A stretch of 64,000 bases of DNA from an uncultured delta proteobacterium. Lineage in GTDB: Bacteria; Myxococcota_A; Polyangia; Polyangiales; Polyangiaceae. Where the stretch lies: positions 704,001 through 768,000 of the forward strand of contig CAVOKF010000005.1 in assembly GCA_963696385.1 (NCBI GenBank), written 5' to 3'. The translations under genes and the position numbers were made by a program. The notes under the pieces were generated by a model. The model was given only the letters and a program-made list of their open reading frames with translations. It was not told the origin of the DNA and did not search any database. This document shows, one piece after another, positions 38,798 through 49,499 of this stretch (position 1 is the first letter of the stretch; each line of letters opens with the position of its first letter).

Positions 38798-39322
38798 TTA
38801 CTGCGGATCGCGAAGCAGTGCGGGCGCCGGCCGATCCGGATCGAGCCGACGGATCGCCTTGACCAGCCGCGCGCGGCAACAGTCGCAGTAGTGGCCCTCG
38901 CCTAGCTCGTTCATCAGCATGACCGCCCGGCGGTACTGTTCTGCCGCGACGTCGCCCGAACCTCTCGCCTCGTGCACCTGACCGAGCCGCTCGATTGCCA
39001 GAGGCTCGTGGGGATATTCCGACTCGAGCTGGCGAGCTGTCGCCTCGGCCTCGTCGTACTGCCCGGCGTCGATCTGTTCGAGCACCCGCTCGGCGAGCCC
39101 GTCGACTTCATCCAACGCCCGCGACTCCTGCAAAACCTCCCGCGCCCGCTCCAGCACCGCCGCGGCGACCGTGGGCCCTCCGTCCACTTCCGCAGCCTGT
39201 CGCTCGCTCTCCGCTCTTAGCCGTTCTGCCCGCTCCTCAGCCTCCACTCGTTCGAGACAGCATCGCTTGAACTTCTTGCCGCTGCCGCACGGGCACGGAT
39301 CGTTGCGTCCGACCTTGGCCAT
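38798..39322 (-). CDS. SEC-C motif plus TPR-like protein
   Basis: [26 protein letters not shown]...YP...ERLGQV.EARG....A.EQYRRA. Confidence 0.88.
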   Translation of the reverse strand: MAKVGRNDPCPCGSGKKFKRCCLERVEAEERAERLRAESERQAAEVDGGPTVAAAVLERAREVLQESRALDEVDGLAERVLEQIDAGQYDEAEATARQLESEYPHEPLAIERLGQVHEARGSGDVAAEQYRRAVMLMNELGEGHYCDCCRARLVKAIRRLDPDRPAPALLRDPQ

Positions 39323-39399
39323 CGCCCGGTGCTCCTACCCGATCTCCAACCGGACTGCACTGGCCGGCAATTCGTTCATGTTCCGCCGCTTCTTCGCGA

Positions 39400-40004
39400 G
39401 CGCGGACACTCCTGACGTCCTTTGGAACAAGGGCGTCATTCTCGTTCGGCGCTCGCACACGCTCGGATGCGAAATCATGGACATGACGAAGACGAAGCTT
39501 GATCAGCGCATCAGCGTGCCCGCTGATGTCGTTGCCGTGCTTCAGTGGCACCTCGATACGCAGCTCACGACGTCCGAGCAGCAGGCGGCTGAGCTTCTCT
39601 TCCCATCGAAGGCTGGCACGTTCCGTTCGGAGTCGTCCCTCAAAAAGCCGTTCGCCGCGGTGTGCGAGGCGATCGGGCTAACGCAGCACTTCACGCCGCG
39701 CGGCTTACGCAGAACGTTCAACGATCTGGCCCGTCGCGCGAAGGTGAGTTCTCTTGTCACGAAGAGCATCTCCGGTCATGCCACCGATCGGATGGAGGAA
39801 CATTATTCGACGGTGAGCGAGACGGAGCAGCGCAACGGCATTGAAGCGCTGCTGCAACGGGTGAAGCCGATCCTGCCGACGGAGGATGCGGACCGTGACG
39901 GCTTGGCGACCCGCGAGGGCGGTACGCCGCCCAGCCAAGTGGGTGCTCCGCTGGGTGCTCCTGGGGGAGGAGTGGGTGCTCCAGACGGGAGCGACCTTCA
40001 CTAA
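39400..40004 (+). pseudogene. Tyrosine integrase, C-terminal half (island A)
   Basis: PDVLWNKGVILVRRSHT, LLFPSKAGTFR, TPRGLRRTFND, SISGHATDRMEEHYST; N-terminus and first catalytic Arg missing. Confidence 0.88.
39941..39982 (+). repeat. Putative integrase arm-type sites (3 copies of GGGTGCTCC)
   Basis: Copies at 39941, 39953 and 39974, about 50-90 bp from the att core. Confidence 0.6.
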
Positions 40005-40030
40005 CTATGCGACTTTGCTTGCTTTTTTTG

Positions 40031-40102
<72 letters not shown>

Positions 40103-40549
40103 AGAAGTTGGAACTCGAACAGCTAGCGTTCGCTCTACGCGCTGTCAATCGCAGGGAGCGAGTACTGCCTGACGATTTGTCGGTCGCAGAGTCGTCGCGC
40201 GTCGTATAGGCGAGCCGCCACGCTCTGGGCGGACGCGTATTGTACGACCTTGCGCTTTCGTCTCTTCACCCTTCGTCCAGCCCTAGCTCACGCGGCTCGA
40301 GCCGCGTCCCGGTCGAAGCGTGCTGGCCGTCTGACCTCCGCCCTGACTGCTCGCTCCTTGTTTGAATGAACCGGCGGCGCGATGCGCTTGGCTTGCGGCC
40401 TGGACCTCGACCAACATGCGGCCCCTTCGGGCGCTTCGCATCGCGCCATGAGCCTCCGCACTCTACGCAGCGGTGGCCGGACGGGAGCCTCGCCTCGCAC
40501 GGGTCCTCGGTAATGCGAGGTGCTTTCAGCGATGGTAGCTTCCGGGGCC

Positions 40550-42624
40550 ATGGAGAGCCGTTACGATTCGGCGGCGGCGGCGCGCACCATCCAAGAACTC
40601 GCTACGCAAACGTCTGAGCTGCTCGCGCTGCGCACGTACACCGCGCGGCTGATCGGAAGCGAGCCAGCGCTCGTGCTGCACGGCGGCGGTAATACCTCAG
40701 TGAAAGCGCGCGCCACGACGTTGCTCGGCGAGGTGCTCGATGTGCTGCACGTCAAAGGCTCGGGCCGGGATCTTGCCACGATCGAGCCACGAGGACAGCC
40801 GGCCGTACGTCTGATGCCACTTCGCGCCCTAAGGCGACTGGACGCGTTGACCGACGAGGCCATGGTCAATGAGCTTCGCACGAACCTGCTTGATGCCTCG
40901 TCGCCCGATCCGAGCGTCGAAACTCTCCTTCACGCCCTGCTTCCCGGCCGTTTCATCGACCACACCCACGCCGATGCCATCCTCGCGCTCTGCAACCAGC
41001 CAGACGGCAAAGGGGTCTTCTCGTCGCTCTTCGGTCCCCGGCTCGTCTGGGTACCGTATGTCATGCCGGGCTTTGCACTCGCGAAGCGCTGCGCCGACGC
41101 GTTCGAGCAGATTGCGGGCGCCGAGGGGCCGCCCGCTCTGATGGTGCTAGAGAAGCACGGCCTGTTCACGTGGGGCGAAACCGCGCGCGAAAGCTACGAG
41201 CGCACGATTGACGCTGTTTCCAGCGCCGAAAGGTACGCGCTTGAACGTCGTCGCTATGTGGCGATGCCGGGTAGCGCTCCCCTGGCCGCCTGTGAACAGA
41301 CGGTGTTGCCGGCGCTCCGTGGGGCGCTCGCAAAGCTCGCCAATGAGTCGTCCGAGCGCGGCCCCATCGTGCGGATGCGATCGAGCGACGCGATCCTCAG
41401 CCTGCTGGCACGCCCGGATGCCGCAGAGCTCGTTGCGAAGGGGTGCATGACGCCCGACCACGTTCTTCGGACCAAGCCGACGGCCTTGCTCGTGCCCAGC
41501 CCCGCGTACGGCGATGCCGCGAAGCTCGCATTCCAGCTGGAGGCCGCGATTGCCGACTATGGGCGAAGATACGATTTGTATTTCGACTCGATGTGTCGGT
41601 CAAAGGGGGTTACGAAAACGAAGCTCGATTCGTGGCCGCGCGTCGTTCTTTTGCCGGGGCTCGGCGCGTGCTCGGCCGCCAGCACGGCACGCGAGGCCGA
41701 CATCGCTCTCGACATCTACGAGCACACTTCAGCCGTCATGCAGACCGCGGCTGACGTAGGGAGTTACGCGCCGTGTTCGCGCTCCGACTTGTTCGACGTC
41801 GAATACTGGAGTCTCGAGCAGGCGAAGCTCAAGATCGCCGCGCCGCTGGCGCTGTCCCGGTGTGTCGCGCTGGTCACGGGTGCGGCCAGCGGAATTGGCC
41901 AGGCTACGGTACTCCAGATGCTCGCGGCGGGCGCTCATGTGTCGCTCGTGGACCGCGACACGGAGGCCCTCGCCGCGATTGCTCACGCGCTCGGAGCGAC
42001 ATACTCGGATCGGATCCTTGCGACGGTGGCGGACGTCCGCGACGCCGACGCTGTCGACGCGGCCGTTGCGCGCACGGTCCGCGCGTGGGGGGGCTGGACG
42101 TCATCGTGTCCAATGCCGGCAACGCGCCCGAGGGCCGGCTCGAGACGATTGGGGGGCAAGCGATGCTCCGGGATTCGCTCGAGCTCAATTGCTTGTCGCA
42201 CGCGTCGGTGGTTCGGGCGGCGGTGGATGTGATGCGGGCACAGGGACGCGGCGGCTGCTTGTGTTTCAACATAAGCAAGAGCGTGTTCAATCCCGGTGCG
42301 GGGTTCGGCCCGTATGCTATCGCAAAGACGGCGCTCTTGGGGCTGATGCGCCAGTTCGCCGTCGATCTCGGTCCGTTGGGCATTCGTTCAAACGGCGTGA
42401 ACGCGGACCGCATTCGAACGCGCTTGTTCGATGGCGGTGTGCTCGAATCGCGCGCCGCGGCACGCGGCCTGAGCGTCGAGGCCTACTTTCGGTCGAACTT
42501 GCTCGCCCGCGAGGTCGCGGCTCGTGACGTCGCCGATGCCTTCGTGTTCCTCGCCACCGCGCGCGCCACGACCGGCTGCGTCCTCACCGTCGACGGAGGC
42601 AACCCGGCCGCATTTCCTCGATGA
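40550..42624 (+). CDS. Bifunctional class II aldolase/short-chain dehydrogenase; frameshift in a G-run near 42090
   Basis: LVLHGGGNTSVK, PSVETLLH, HTHADA, TPDHV, EYWSLEQAK, TGAASGIG; then GGLDVIVSNAG and YAIAK in the next frame. Confidence 0.9.
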
Positions 42625-42812
42625 CGCCGCGACGCCAGCAGCTGGCGGTCGCAGATCTCCGCGCGGCCGGGACCTGCTGGCTCGGGGTTTGCGTTTCTCG
42701 CGTCCTGCCCGATCGTGACCTACGGGCGTGACCCGGGAGATTCGGCCGGAGGGTACGTCCGTCGGCGATGCGTGGCCCTGGCGATCTCCCGGCGTTGAGG
42801 CCAAGTAGTGGG

Positions 42813-44252
42813 ATGCGAGATGGGGTACCCGATGGCGCGCTCTACATTGCCTCCCGTTGCATCCGAGATGGAGCCACGCTCTCGGTGCGCGAGCCTTGGT
42901 CCGACGCTGAGCTCGGTCGCGTAGTGCTCGCCAACGCTGCACACGCCGAAGAGGCCATTGCGGCGAGTGTGCGTGCGTTCGCCCGGATTCGGGAGCGAAC
43001 GCCATTCGAGCGAAAGCTCATCCTCGAGCGCGTTGCGCAAGAGATCGAGGCGCGGAGCGAAGTTTTCGCGGAGCTCATTGCGCGTGAGGCGGGCAAGCCC
43101 ATCACCCTTGCGCGAACGGAAGCCTCCCGCGCGGTGACGACGTTCCAACTTGCCGCCGAGGAGGCGACTCGGATGGCGGGTGAAGTGATTCCGCTCGACA
43201 TTACCCCGAGCTCGCGCGGTGCCACGGGGATCTGCGTTCGCGTCCCCGCGGGACCCGTCGTCGGGATCGCGCCGTTCAACTTTCCTCTGAATCTCGTCGC
43301 TCACAAGATTGCTCCGGCGATCGCGTGCGGTGCGTCCATCGTTCTAAAGCCTCCGCCCCAGGCGCCACTCAGCTCGCTGCTCCTCGCGGAATGCGTGCGT
43401 CGATCGGGTGCACCGGAAGACGCCGTCCAAATCGTGCCTTGTGAGGTGAGCGTTGCCGAGGCGCTCGTGCGCGACGATCGCTTCGCGACTCTTTCATTCA
43501 CCGGCAGTGCCGCGGTCGGTTGGCACCTCAAGTCGATTGCACGCAAGAAGCGCGTTGTCCTCGAGCTTGGGGGAAATGCGGCAACGATCGTGCACGAGGA
43601 CGGGCAGCTCGACCGTGCGCTCGACCGCGTCGTCGCGGGTGCGTTCGGATACGCCGGTCAGGTCTGCATCAAGGTGCAGCGGCTGTACCTCCACCGGCCG
43701 ATTGCGGATCGTTTCGTGGCTCGGATAATCGACCGGACGCGGTTGATCGAGCCCAAGTCGCCGTTGGACCCGACGGGGGTCTGCGGATCCATGATCGACG
43801 AAGGAAATGCACGCCGTGTCGAGAAATGGGTGAACGAGGCGGCGCGGGCCGGAGTCCGCGTTGCCTGTGGAGCCAAGCGCGAAGGCAACCGCTACTGGCC
43901 GACCGTGCTCGACGTCGAGGGCGACGGGCATGGCCTGGACGTGGTGGACGAGGAAGTATTTGGCCCCGTGCTGACCGTCCATCGGTACGACACGTGGTAC
44001 GAGGCCTTGACCCTGGCGGACTCGACCCGCTACGGCTTGCAGGCCGGTGTGTTCACCGATTCACGCACTCGCGTCGCCGAGGCGTTTGCACGGCTGCACG
44101 TGGGCGGCCTCATCGTGAACGATGTTCCGACCTTCCGCGTGGATTCGATGCCGTATGGTGGAACGCGCGACTCGGGTTTGGGTCGCGAGGGCGTGCGCTT
44201 CGCCATGCAGGAAATGACCGAGCGCAAGCTGCTCGTGGTTCACGACGGGTGA
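42813..44252 (+). CDS. Aldehyde dehydrogenase family protein
   Basis: IAPFNFP, SFTGS, LELGGN, AGQVC, EEVFGP and YGLQAG. Confidence 0.95.
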   Translation: MRDGVPDGALYIASRCIRDGATLSVREPWSDAELGRVVLANAAHAEEAIAASVRAFARIRERTPFERKLILERVAQEIEARSEVFAELIAREAGKPITLARTEASRAVTTFQLAAEEATRMAGEVIPLDITPSSRGATGICVRVPAGPVVGIAPFNFPLNLVAHKIAPAIACGASIVLKPPPQAPLSSLLLAECVRRSGAPEDAVQIVPCEVSVAEALVRDDRFATLSFTGSAAVGWHLKSIARKKRVVLELGGNAATIVHEDGQLDRALDRVVAGAFGYAGQVCIKVQRLYLHRPIADRFVARIIDRTRLIEPKSPLDPTGVCGSMIDEGNARRVEKWVNEAARAGVRVACGAKREGNRYWPTVLDVEGDGHGLDVVDEEVFGPVLTVHRYDTWYEALTLADSTRYGLQAGVFTDSRTRVAEAFARLHVGGLIVNDVPTFRVDSMPYGGTRDSGLGREGVRFAMQEMTERKLLVVHDG

Positions 44253-44369
44253 GGGCGTCCAAAGCCCGCTAAACTGGTCGAGTTGCGCCCGATCCGGCGT
44301 GCTGCCGAAATGGATTGGCTTCGAACGCGACCGGTTGACGATCCTCGTCATTCGCCCTAGGCCGTGCCC

Positions 44370-45287
44370 ATGCTCCCCGATGACGAGTCGGTTCCACGCG
44401 TGCAAGTACCCCGAACGTTGCGAGCGCGATCGGTGGGACCCGAAGATCCCTTGCCGAACGTCAAGAACGTGGTGCTCGTAATGAGCGGCAAGGGTGGCGT
44501 CGGGAAGAGTTCCGTCGCGACGAACCTGGCGATGGCACTCTCCCGCGGCGGGTATCGCGTCGGCATCCTCGACGCCGACATCTATGGCCCGTCGATTCCA
44601 ACGATGCTGGGGGTGTCGGGCCGCCCAGTCTCGCTCGACGGCAAAACCATCGAGCCTCTCGATCGCTTCGGCATCAAGATCATGTCGATAGGCTTCTTGC
44701 TCGAGGATCCGAAAGCGGCGGTCATTTGGCGTGGACCCATGCTGCACGGAGCGCTTCAGCAGTTCATGAAAGACGTCAGTTGGGGCGAGCTCGACTTCCT
44801 GGTCATGGATCTTCCTCCCGGAACCGGCGACGTGGCGCTCACGCTATCGCAGCGGGTGAAGGTGACGGGGGCGGTGATGGTGACGACTCCGCAGGCCGTT
44901 GCGACCGACGATGTCTACAAGTCCGTCTCGATGTGCAAGAAGGTCAACATTGGTATTCTCGGCGTAGTGGAAAATATGAGCTTTTTCGTCGACAGCGTGG
45001 GCATTCGCCACGAGCTCTTCGGCAGCGGGGGTGGTCAAGCCGTCGCCGACTTCGCAGAGGCACCCCTCCTCGGGCAGGTGCCGCTCGAGTCGACGGTGCG
45101 CGAATGGGGTGACAAGGGAACCCCGGTCGTGCAGGCATTGCCGGCTACCGATGCGTCGAGGGCCTTCGTGGCGATTGCCGAGCGTGTCGTCGACGCGTGC
45201 GAGCGGACGCACGGCGAGGGCGACGACGACCTCGTCATCGATCGAAGCGGCGGAACGGCCAAGAAACGCTTGCCCATAGCTCGTTGA
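44370..45287 (+). CDS. mrp: Mrp/ApbC Fe-S cluster carrier ATPase
   Basis: SGKGGVGKS, DADIYGPS, WRGPM, DLPPGTGD, VTTPQ and GVVENMS. Confidence 0.95.
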   Translation: MLPDDESVPRVQVPRTLRARSVGPEDPLPNVKNVVLVMSGKGGVGKSSVATNLAMALSRGGYRVGILDADIYGPSIPTMLGVSGRPVSLDGKTIEPLDRFGIKIMSIGFLLEDPKAAVIWRGPMLHGALQQFMKDVSWGELDFLVMDLPPGTGDVALTLSQRVKVTGAVMVTTPQAVATDDVYKSVSMCKKVNIGILGVVENMSFFVDSVGIRHELFGSGGGQAVADFAEAPLLGQVPLESTVREWGDKGTPVVQALPATDASRAFVAIAERVVDACERTHGEGDDDLVIDRSGGTAKKRLPIAR

Positions 45288-45299
45288 CGCACGCGCCGG

Positions 45300-46169
45300 C
45301 TAGCGACGTTTGATGGCTGCGAGTTGTCGGGCAGGCTGGGTAGGCCCATGGCGTGCGAAGCTGCGTACCGCGTCGATGTCGCGTTCCTCCTTGAGCAACA
45401 CCCCGAGAAACGGCAGCTCGTCGACGAAGCGATCCCGGCCAACGCCGGCATGCATCAATACGGTAATCCAATCCACCAGTTCGCTCGTGGACGGGGGTTT
45501 GCGGATGCTCGGGACCGTGCGGATCTCGTAGAAGGCTTGGACGGCTTGGTCGACGAGCGCGTCATCGACGTGCGGATGGTGCACGCGAACGATGCGCTTC
45601 ATTCGGTCAGCGTCCGGAAAATCGATGAAGTGAAAGACGCAACGGCGCAGGAAGGCGTGCGGTAGCTCCTTTATGTTATTTGAAGTGATAATCACGATCG
45701 GTCGGTCGGTCGCATTTACCTCGTCTCCGGTCTCGGGAATGACGAATCGCATTCGGTCGAGCTCGTGGAGCAAGTCGTTCGGAAATTCCAGATCCGCATT
45801 GTCAACTTCGTCGATCAGCAGCACGACACGATGGGCGGAAGCGAATGCGCGGCCCAGCGGGCCGAGCTTGATATACCGGCGAATCTCTTTCACGTCGATG
45901 TCGCCAAAACGTGCCTCGTAAAGTCGCTGCACGGTATCGTAGAGGTAAAGCCCGTCCTGGGCTCGTGTCGTGGACTTGATGGGCCAATGAAGCCAATCCA
46001 GCGACAAACTCTCGGCGATGGCGTGCGCGAGTTGCGTTTTACCGGTGCCGGGCTCGCCTCGGACGAGCAGGGGCCGTTCCAGCGCGAGCGCGCAATTGAC
46101 GGCCGTCTCGAGAGACTCGTTCGTCAGGTAGGTCGGAGTACCGGCGAAGCGGCGAAATGCACGAGGCAC
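45300..46169 (-). CDS. MoxR-family AAA+ ATPase
   Basis: GEPGTGKT, VLLIDEVD, FPNDLLHELD and AFLRRC. Confidence 0.92.
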   Translation of the reverse strand: MPRAFRRFAGTPTYLTNESLETAVNCALALERPLLVRGEPGTGKTQLAHAIAESLSLDWLHWPIKSTTRAQDGLYLYDTVQRLYEARFGDIDVKEIRRYIKLGPLGRAFASAHRVVLLIDEVDNADLEFPNDLLHELDRMRFVIPETGDEVNATDRPIVIITSNNIKELPHAFLRRCVFHFIDFPDADRMKRIVRVHHPHVDDALVDQAVQAFYEIRTVPSIRKPPSTSELVDWITVLMHAGVGRDRFVDELPFLGVLLKEERDIDAVRSFARHGPTQPARQLAAIKRR

Positions 46170-46216
46170 TTTGAATTTACAAATAGCACGATTTCGACAT
46201 GATGCCTACGGTATCG

Positions 46217-47812
46217 TCAATTGCTGCCTTCACCGCAACGCGATCCTCCGAGCGTGTGCGCTACGACATCGTAGTCCCCCACGGGCGTGGACCGCGGAAT
46301 GAAGAGGGCTCCCCCAAAGGAGCCGGCATCGTCGGTCGCTAACGTTCCGACGGGCCACTGTTTTCCCGTACGAGGGTCCCGGAAAGACACGTCGACCGGA
46401 AGGTTGACGCATGTTTGGTCCTCGGTACGCACCGTTCCTCTGACGCGCAGGGGTAAACCCCGGTGTGCGTCGGTGTCCGTGACTTCGAGCGTGATGGTCG
46501 AACGCGGCCAAGCTCCGCCCGTTGAATTCACCGTGCGGGCGCCCGCAGACATCGATTCGGACGAGCCGTCGCCCGGCGTTGCGGCGGGTCGGCTGGAATT
46601 CGGCGGTTCCGTCGAACGCAAGCGGGCCGCGGCAACCACCTCGTCGCCGCGCTCGCTGCCCGCGGGCCACCCAAACGGATCCGCCGGCGGCGCGTACGCC
46701 GCGCGACCCTCGGCGGCACCCAGGTCGCTGATGTTTCCGGCGCCGCCGAGGTCGATGCGTCGCCACATGCTTCCGTCATGAACCTCGACCCACGCGTGTA
46801 TCTCGTTGAGCACCATTCGGGTCGGAATGCCGAGGCTCTGCGCCGTCACGAGGAACGCAAACGCTCGGTGTCGACAGACGCCCGAACGGGAAAGCGCGAG
46901 GTCGAGATAAATGCTGCCCCGCGAATGCGGAGGCTCCTTCGAATCGGAGAAGCCACGAAAGTACTGCACGAGCTTCGAAATGGCATCACGCGGCCTCATT
47001 CGCCGGCTTACCCCGATTGCGTGCTGCACCACCGCCGCCTCGCGGGCGACGGGGTCAGGCAGCGGAGGGACGAGGGGTAAATCGGACCACTCGGCGTCGC
47101 CCATCGGACCGCCGAAAGCGGCGCGAGCGATCGCCAGCACCATGACGAGTCGCGCGCGCGTCGTGGTCACGGTACCCATGGGCTCTACGAACCAGTTGTC
47201 GGCGCCGTCGTGCAAGAGGCGAAACGGCAGTTCCTGGGCACCGACGGCGAGTCGCGTGAAAACCGGGTGCGCGTTCGGGCCGATGCTCGGAATGCGCACC
47301 CGCCCAGCGTGCGGTATCTCGATGACGAGGTCGCTGTAGAATATGTCGTCGGCCCAGTCCGGGGGCAGGCCGGTGGCGAGGGGCACCCGTCGCGGATCGC
47401 GGACTTCGAGCGTGTAGTCGTCGCGGACCGCGTCCAACGCCGTGAGCCGCTTGAACGGCGCGTTGGACGGGGAGAAAGGGTCGTCGTAAGCCGCCCCGTC
47501 CGGTCGGCGGGTGTCGCGGTCCGGGATCCAGCGGCCCTCGGCCTCGCCGGAATAGGCGTGGTCGAACGACGACGGAAGCCGCCGCGGATCGGGCGCACCG
47601 ACGTTGCCGGCCGGCGTCGCAATCGCTGCCGGCAGATTGCCGTCGAGCACCACGTGCATCGCGAGATCCTCGGCCGGATCGGCCGGAATCGGCTCGTGCA
47701 AAACGGCGCCCTCGGTTCGGCCCGAGGCCCGCGTGGCCAGCGTCGGGGCCACTGCGACCGCCAGGAGCAGTAGCCTGCGCAGCCAACGTTCCTGCCTCGC
47801 CGCGCGGAGCAT
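46217..47812 (-). CDS. Secreted transglutaminase-like protein
   Basis: Signal peptide; Cys-His-Asp triad in GVCRHRA / HAWVEV / W..IDL. Start set at the TGATG overlap at 47812. Confidence 0.85.
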   Translation of the reverse strand: MLRAARQERWLRRLLLLAVAVAPTLATRASGRTEGAVLHEPIPADPAEDLAMHVVLDGNLPAAIATPAGNVGAPDPRRLPSSFDHAYSGEAEGRWIPDRDTRRPDGAAYDDPFSPSNAPFKRLTALDAVRDDYTLEVRDPRRVPLATGLPPDWADDIFYSDLVIEIPHAGRVRIPSIGPNAHPVFTRLAVGAQELPFRLLHDGADNWFVEPMGTVTTTRARLVMVLAIARAAFGGPMGDAEWSDLPLVPPLPDPVAREAAVVQHAIGVSRRMRPRDAISKLVQYFRGFSDSKEPPHSRGSIYLDLALSRSGVCRHRAFAFLVTAQSLGIPTRMVLNEIHAWVEVHDGSMWRRIDLGGAGNISDLGAAEGRAAYAPPADPFGWPAGSERGDEVVAAARLRSTEPPNSSRPAATPGDGSSESMSAGARTVNSTGGAWPRSTITLEVTDTDAHRGLPLRVRGTVRTEDQTCVNLPVDVSFRDPRTGKQWPVGTLATDDAGSFGGALFIPRSTPVGDYDVVAHTLGGSRCGEGSN

Positions 47813-48138
47813 CACCGTCGCGTCCAGGTACCCGGCTCGTAGAAATAAGTTCCCTCTCGGATGGGGTAGCGTGGCGCCCGCCAATTCGCGCCGGGCGGGG
47901 CGTCCTCCCAATGTCCGGGAATCCATACGTACTGCATCCCGGTCCAATGCCAGTAACCGGCGATCCAGACTGCGTGGGTGTTCGGGGGCGGCGCACGCTG
48001 CTCTTGCACGGGCTGCGGCGGCGGTCCGCTGACGGCAATCCCACTCCAAGGCGCAGGGGTCGCCGCTTCGACGACACATCCGGTCAGCCCCATGGCCACG
48101 ATCGCAAAGCAAAGGCGCGCGCCGAGCCCTCGATGCAT
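47812..48138 (-). CDS. YXWGXW-repeat lipoprotein
   Basis: Lipobox LTGC; WIAGYWHW, YVWIPGHW and YFYEPGTW. Confidence 0.85.
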   Translation of the reverse strand: MHRGLGARLCFAIVAMGLTGCVVEAATPAPWSGIAVSGPPPQPVQEQRAPPPNTHAVWIAGYWHWTGMQYVWIPGHWEDAPPGANWRAPRYPIREGTYFYEPGTWTRR

Positions 48139-48268
48139 TCGCCTATCGAACCTCCACCCTGGGCGATCCGGAAGCGCCGAACACGCCGAACGCTTCGCCT
48201 CCGCGCAACCCAAGCTTACCATCCGCAGAGGCATCCGCGCTCTAGACCCCCTTTCCGCGAGAGACACC

Positions 48269-49453
48269 ATGACTGAATCCGAGCTCCGAAGCGAATTGGC
48301 GAACCTCTCCGCGCCTTTGCGCGCGCGCCTCGACCGGTCTGGGTTCGATGGGGAGCGCCTCGTCGCTCTCGCGGCGCCCCTATTTGCCCGCGCCAGGGGC
48401 GAAACGACGTTCGATCGGGAAGCGCGCAATCGCGTGTGCGGCCCCGTCGAACTGCCGCGTCCCGAAGACATCGGCGAGTTGCCCCTCCCGGGCACGGAAG
48501 CTCACGAGCGACTTGCGTCGATCGGTCGCCAGGCGCTAGCCCGCGGAGAAGTCGCCCTGTGTGTCTTGGCGGGCGGCATGGCCACCCGCATGGGCGGCGT
48601 CGTAAAGGCCCTCGTGGAAGCCTTCGACGGGCGGACTTTCCTCGATCTAAGGCTGGCTGAGAACGCTACGCTCTCGCGGAGCGCTGGAACCCCGATGCCG
48701 CTCTGGCTGATGACGAGCGAGGCAACCGACGCGCCCATTCGCGACGCGTTGGCGAGTCGGGGTGCTCCGGCGCACGTTGCGTCCTTTACCCAAGACCTGG
48801 GACTGCGACTGACCCGCGAGGGGCGACTCTTCCGCGGAGAGGACGGTCAGCCAAGCACGTACGCTCCCGGCCATGGGGATTTGCCGGACGCTTTGCGCCG
48901 GTCCGGCTTGCTTTCGAACTTCGTGGATCGCGGCGGCAAGCACGTGTGGATCGCGAATTTGGATAACCTTGGGGCGACGGTCGACGAGGCGCTGCTCGGG
49001 CAGTTTCTCCAGCGGTCGGAACACCTTCTGGTCGAAGTGGCGCCGAAGGTGGCCGGCGACCGCGGCGGAATCCCAGCGTGGGCGAACGCCGAAGACGACG
49101 ACGGCCGTCTCGTGCGCCGTCTTCAGGTGCTCGAGGAGTTTCGACTGCCTTCGGGGTTCGATCCCAGCGCCGTGCGCGTCTTCAATACGAATACGTTTCT
49201 GGTCGATGCTGATGCGCTTCTGCACACGCGGATCCGCTACCGATGGTTCGAAGTGGAAAAGAAAGTCGGAGATCGGGTAGCGGTTCAGTTCGAACGACTG
49301 CTGCAGGAGCTCACGGCAGCCCTCGACGCGGCGTACTTCCGTATTTCTCGCGAGGGTCCCACGTCGCGTTTTCTTCCGGTCAAGGATTTCGACGAGCTCC
49401 AGCAGCGCCGCGATGCGATCCGGTCGGTGGCGCGGGCGCGGGGGATGAGCTGA
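48269..49453 (+). CDS. UTP--glucose-1-phosphate uridylyltransferase family (eukaryote-like UDPGP fold)
   Basis: LAGGMATRMG...K, APGHGD, NLDNLGA, FNTN and RFLPVK. Confidence 0.88.
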   Translation: MTESELRSELANLSAPLRARLDRSGFDGERLVALAAPLFARARGETTFDREARNRVCGPVELPRPEDIGELPLPGTEAHERLASIGRQALARGEVALCVLAGGMATRMGGVVKALVEAFDGRTFLDLRLAENATLSRSAGTPMPLWLMTSEATDAPIRDALASRGAPAHVASFTQDLGLRLTREGRLFRGEDGQPSTYAPGHGDLPDALRRSGLLSNFVDRGGKHVWIANLDNLGATVDEALLGQFLQRSEHLLVEVAPKVAGDRGGIPAWANAEDDDGRLVRRLQVLEEFRLPSGFDPSAVRVFNTNTFLVDADALLHTRIRYRWFEVEKKVGDRVAVQFERLLQELTAALDAAYFRISREGPTSRFLPVKDFDELQQRRDAIRSVARARGMS

Positions 49454-49499
49454 CGGGACGAACCGTTGCATCCGCACCGGTATCCGAAGGAACCTGCAC

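Larger units (their letters stand above)
30825..40030. mobile_element. Genomic island A integrated at tRNA-Val
   Basis: Bounded by the 44-bp direct repeat; integrase remnant next to the tRNA; GGGTGCTCC repeats near both ends. Confidence 0.85.

Noticed and set aside
42080..42100. Programmed frameshift in the aldolase/SDR gene
   Set aside because: One G missing from a G-run in a core-region gene is more simply a sequencing indel. The same caution applies to the pirin, higB, IS4 and 58400 shifts.
48269..49453. Eukaryote-to-bacterium transfer of a UGPase
   Set aside because: This fold is known in various bacteria, and the gene looks compositionally like its core-region neighbours.
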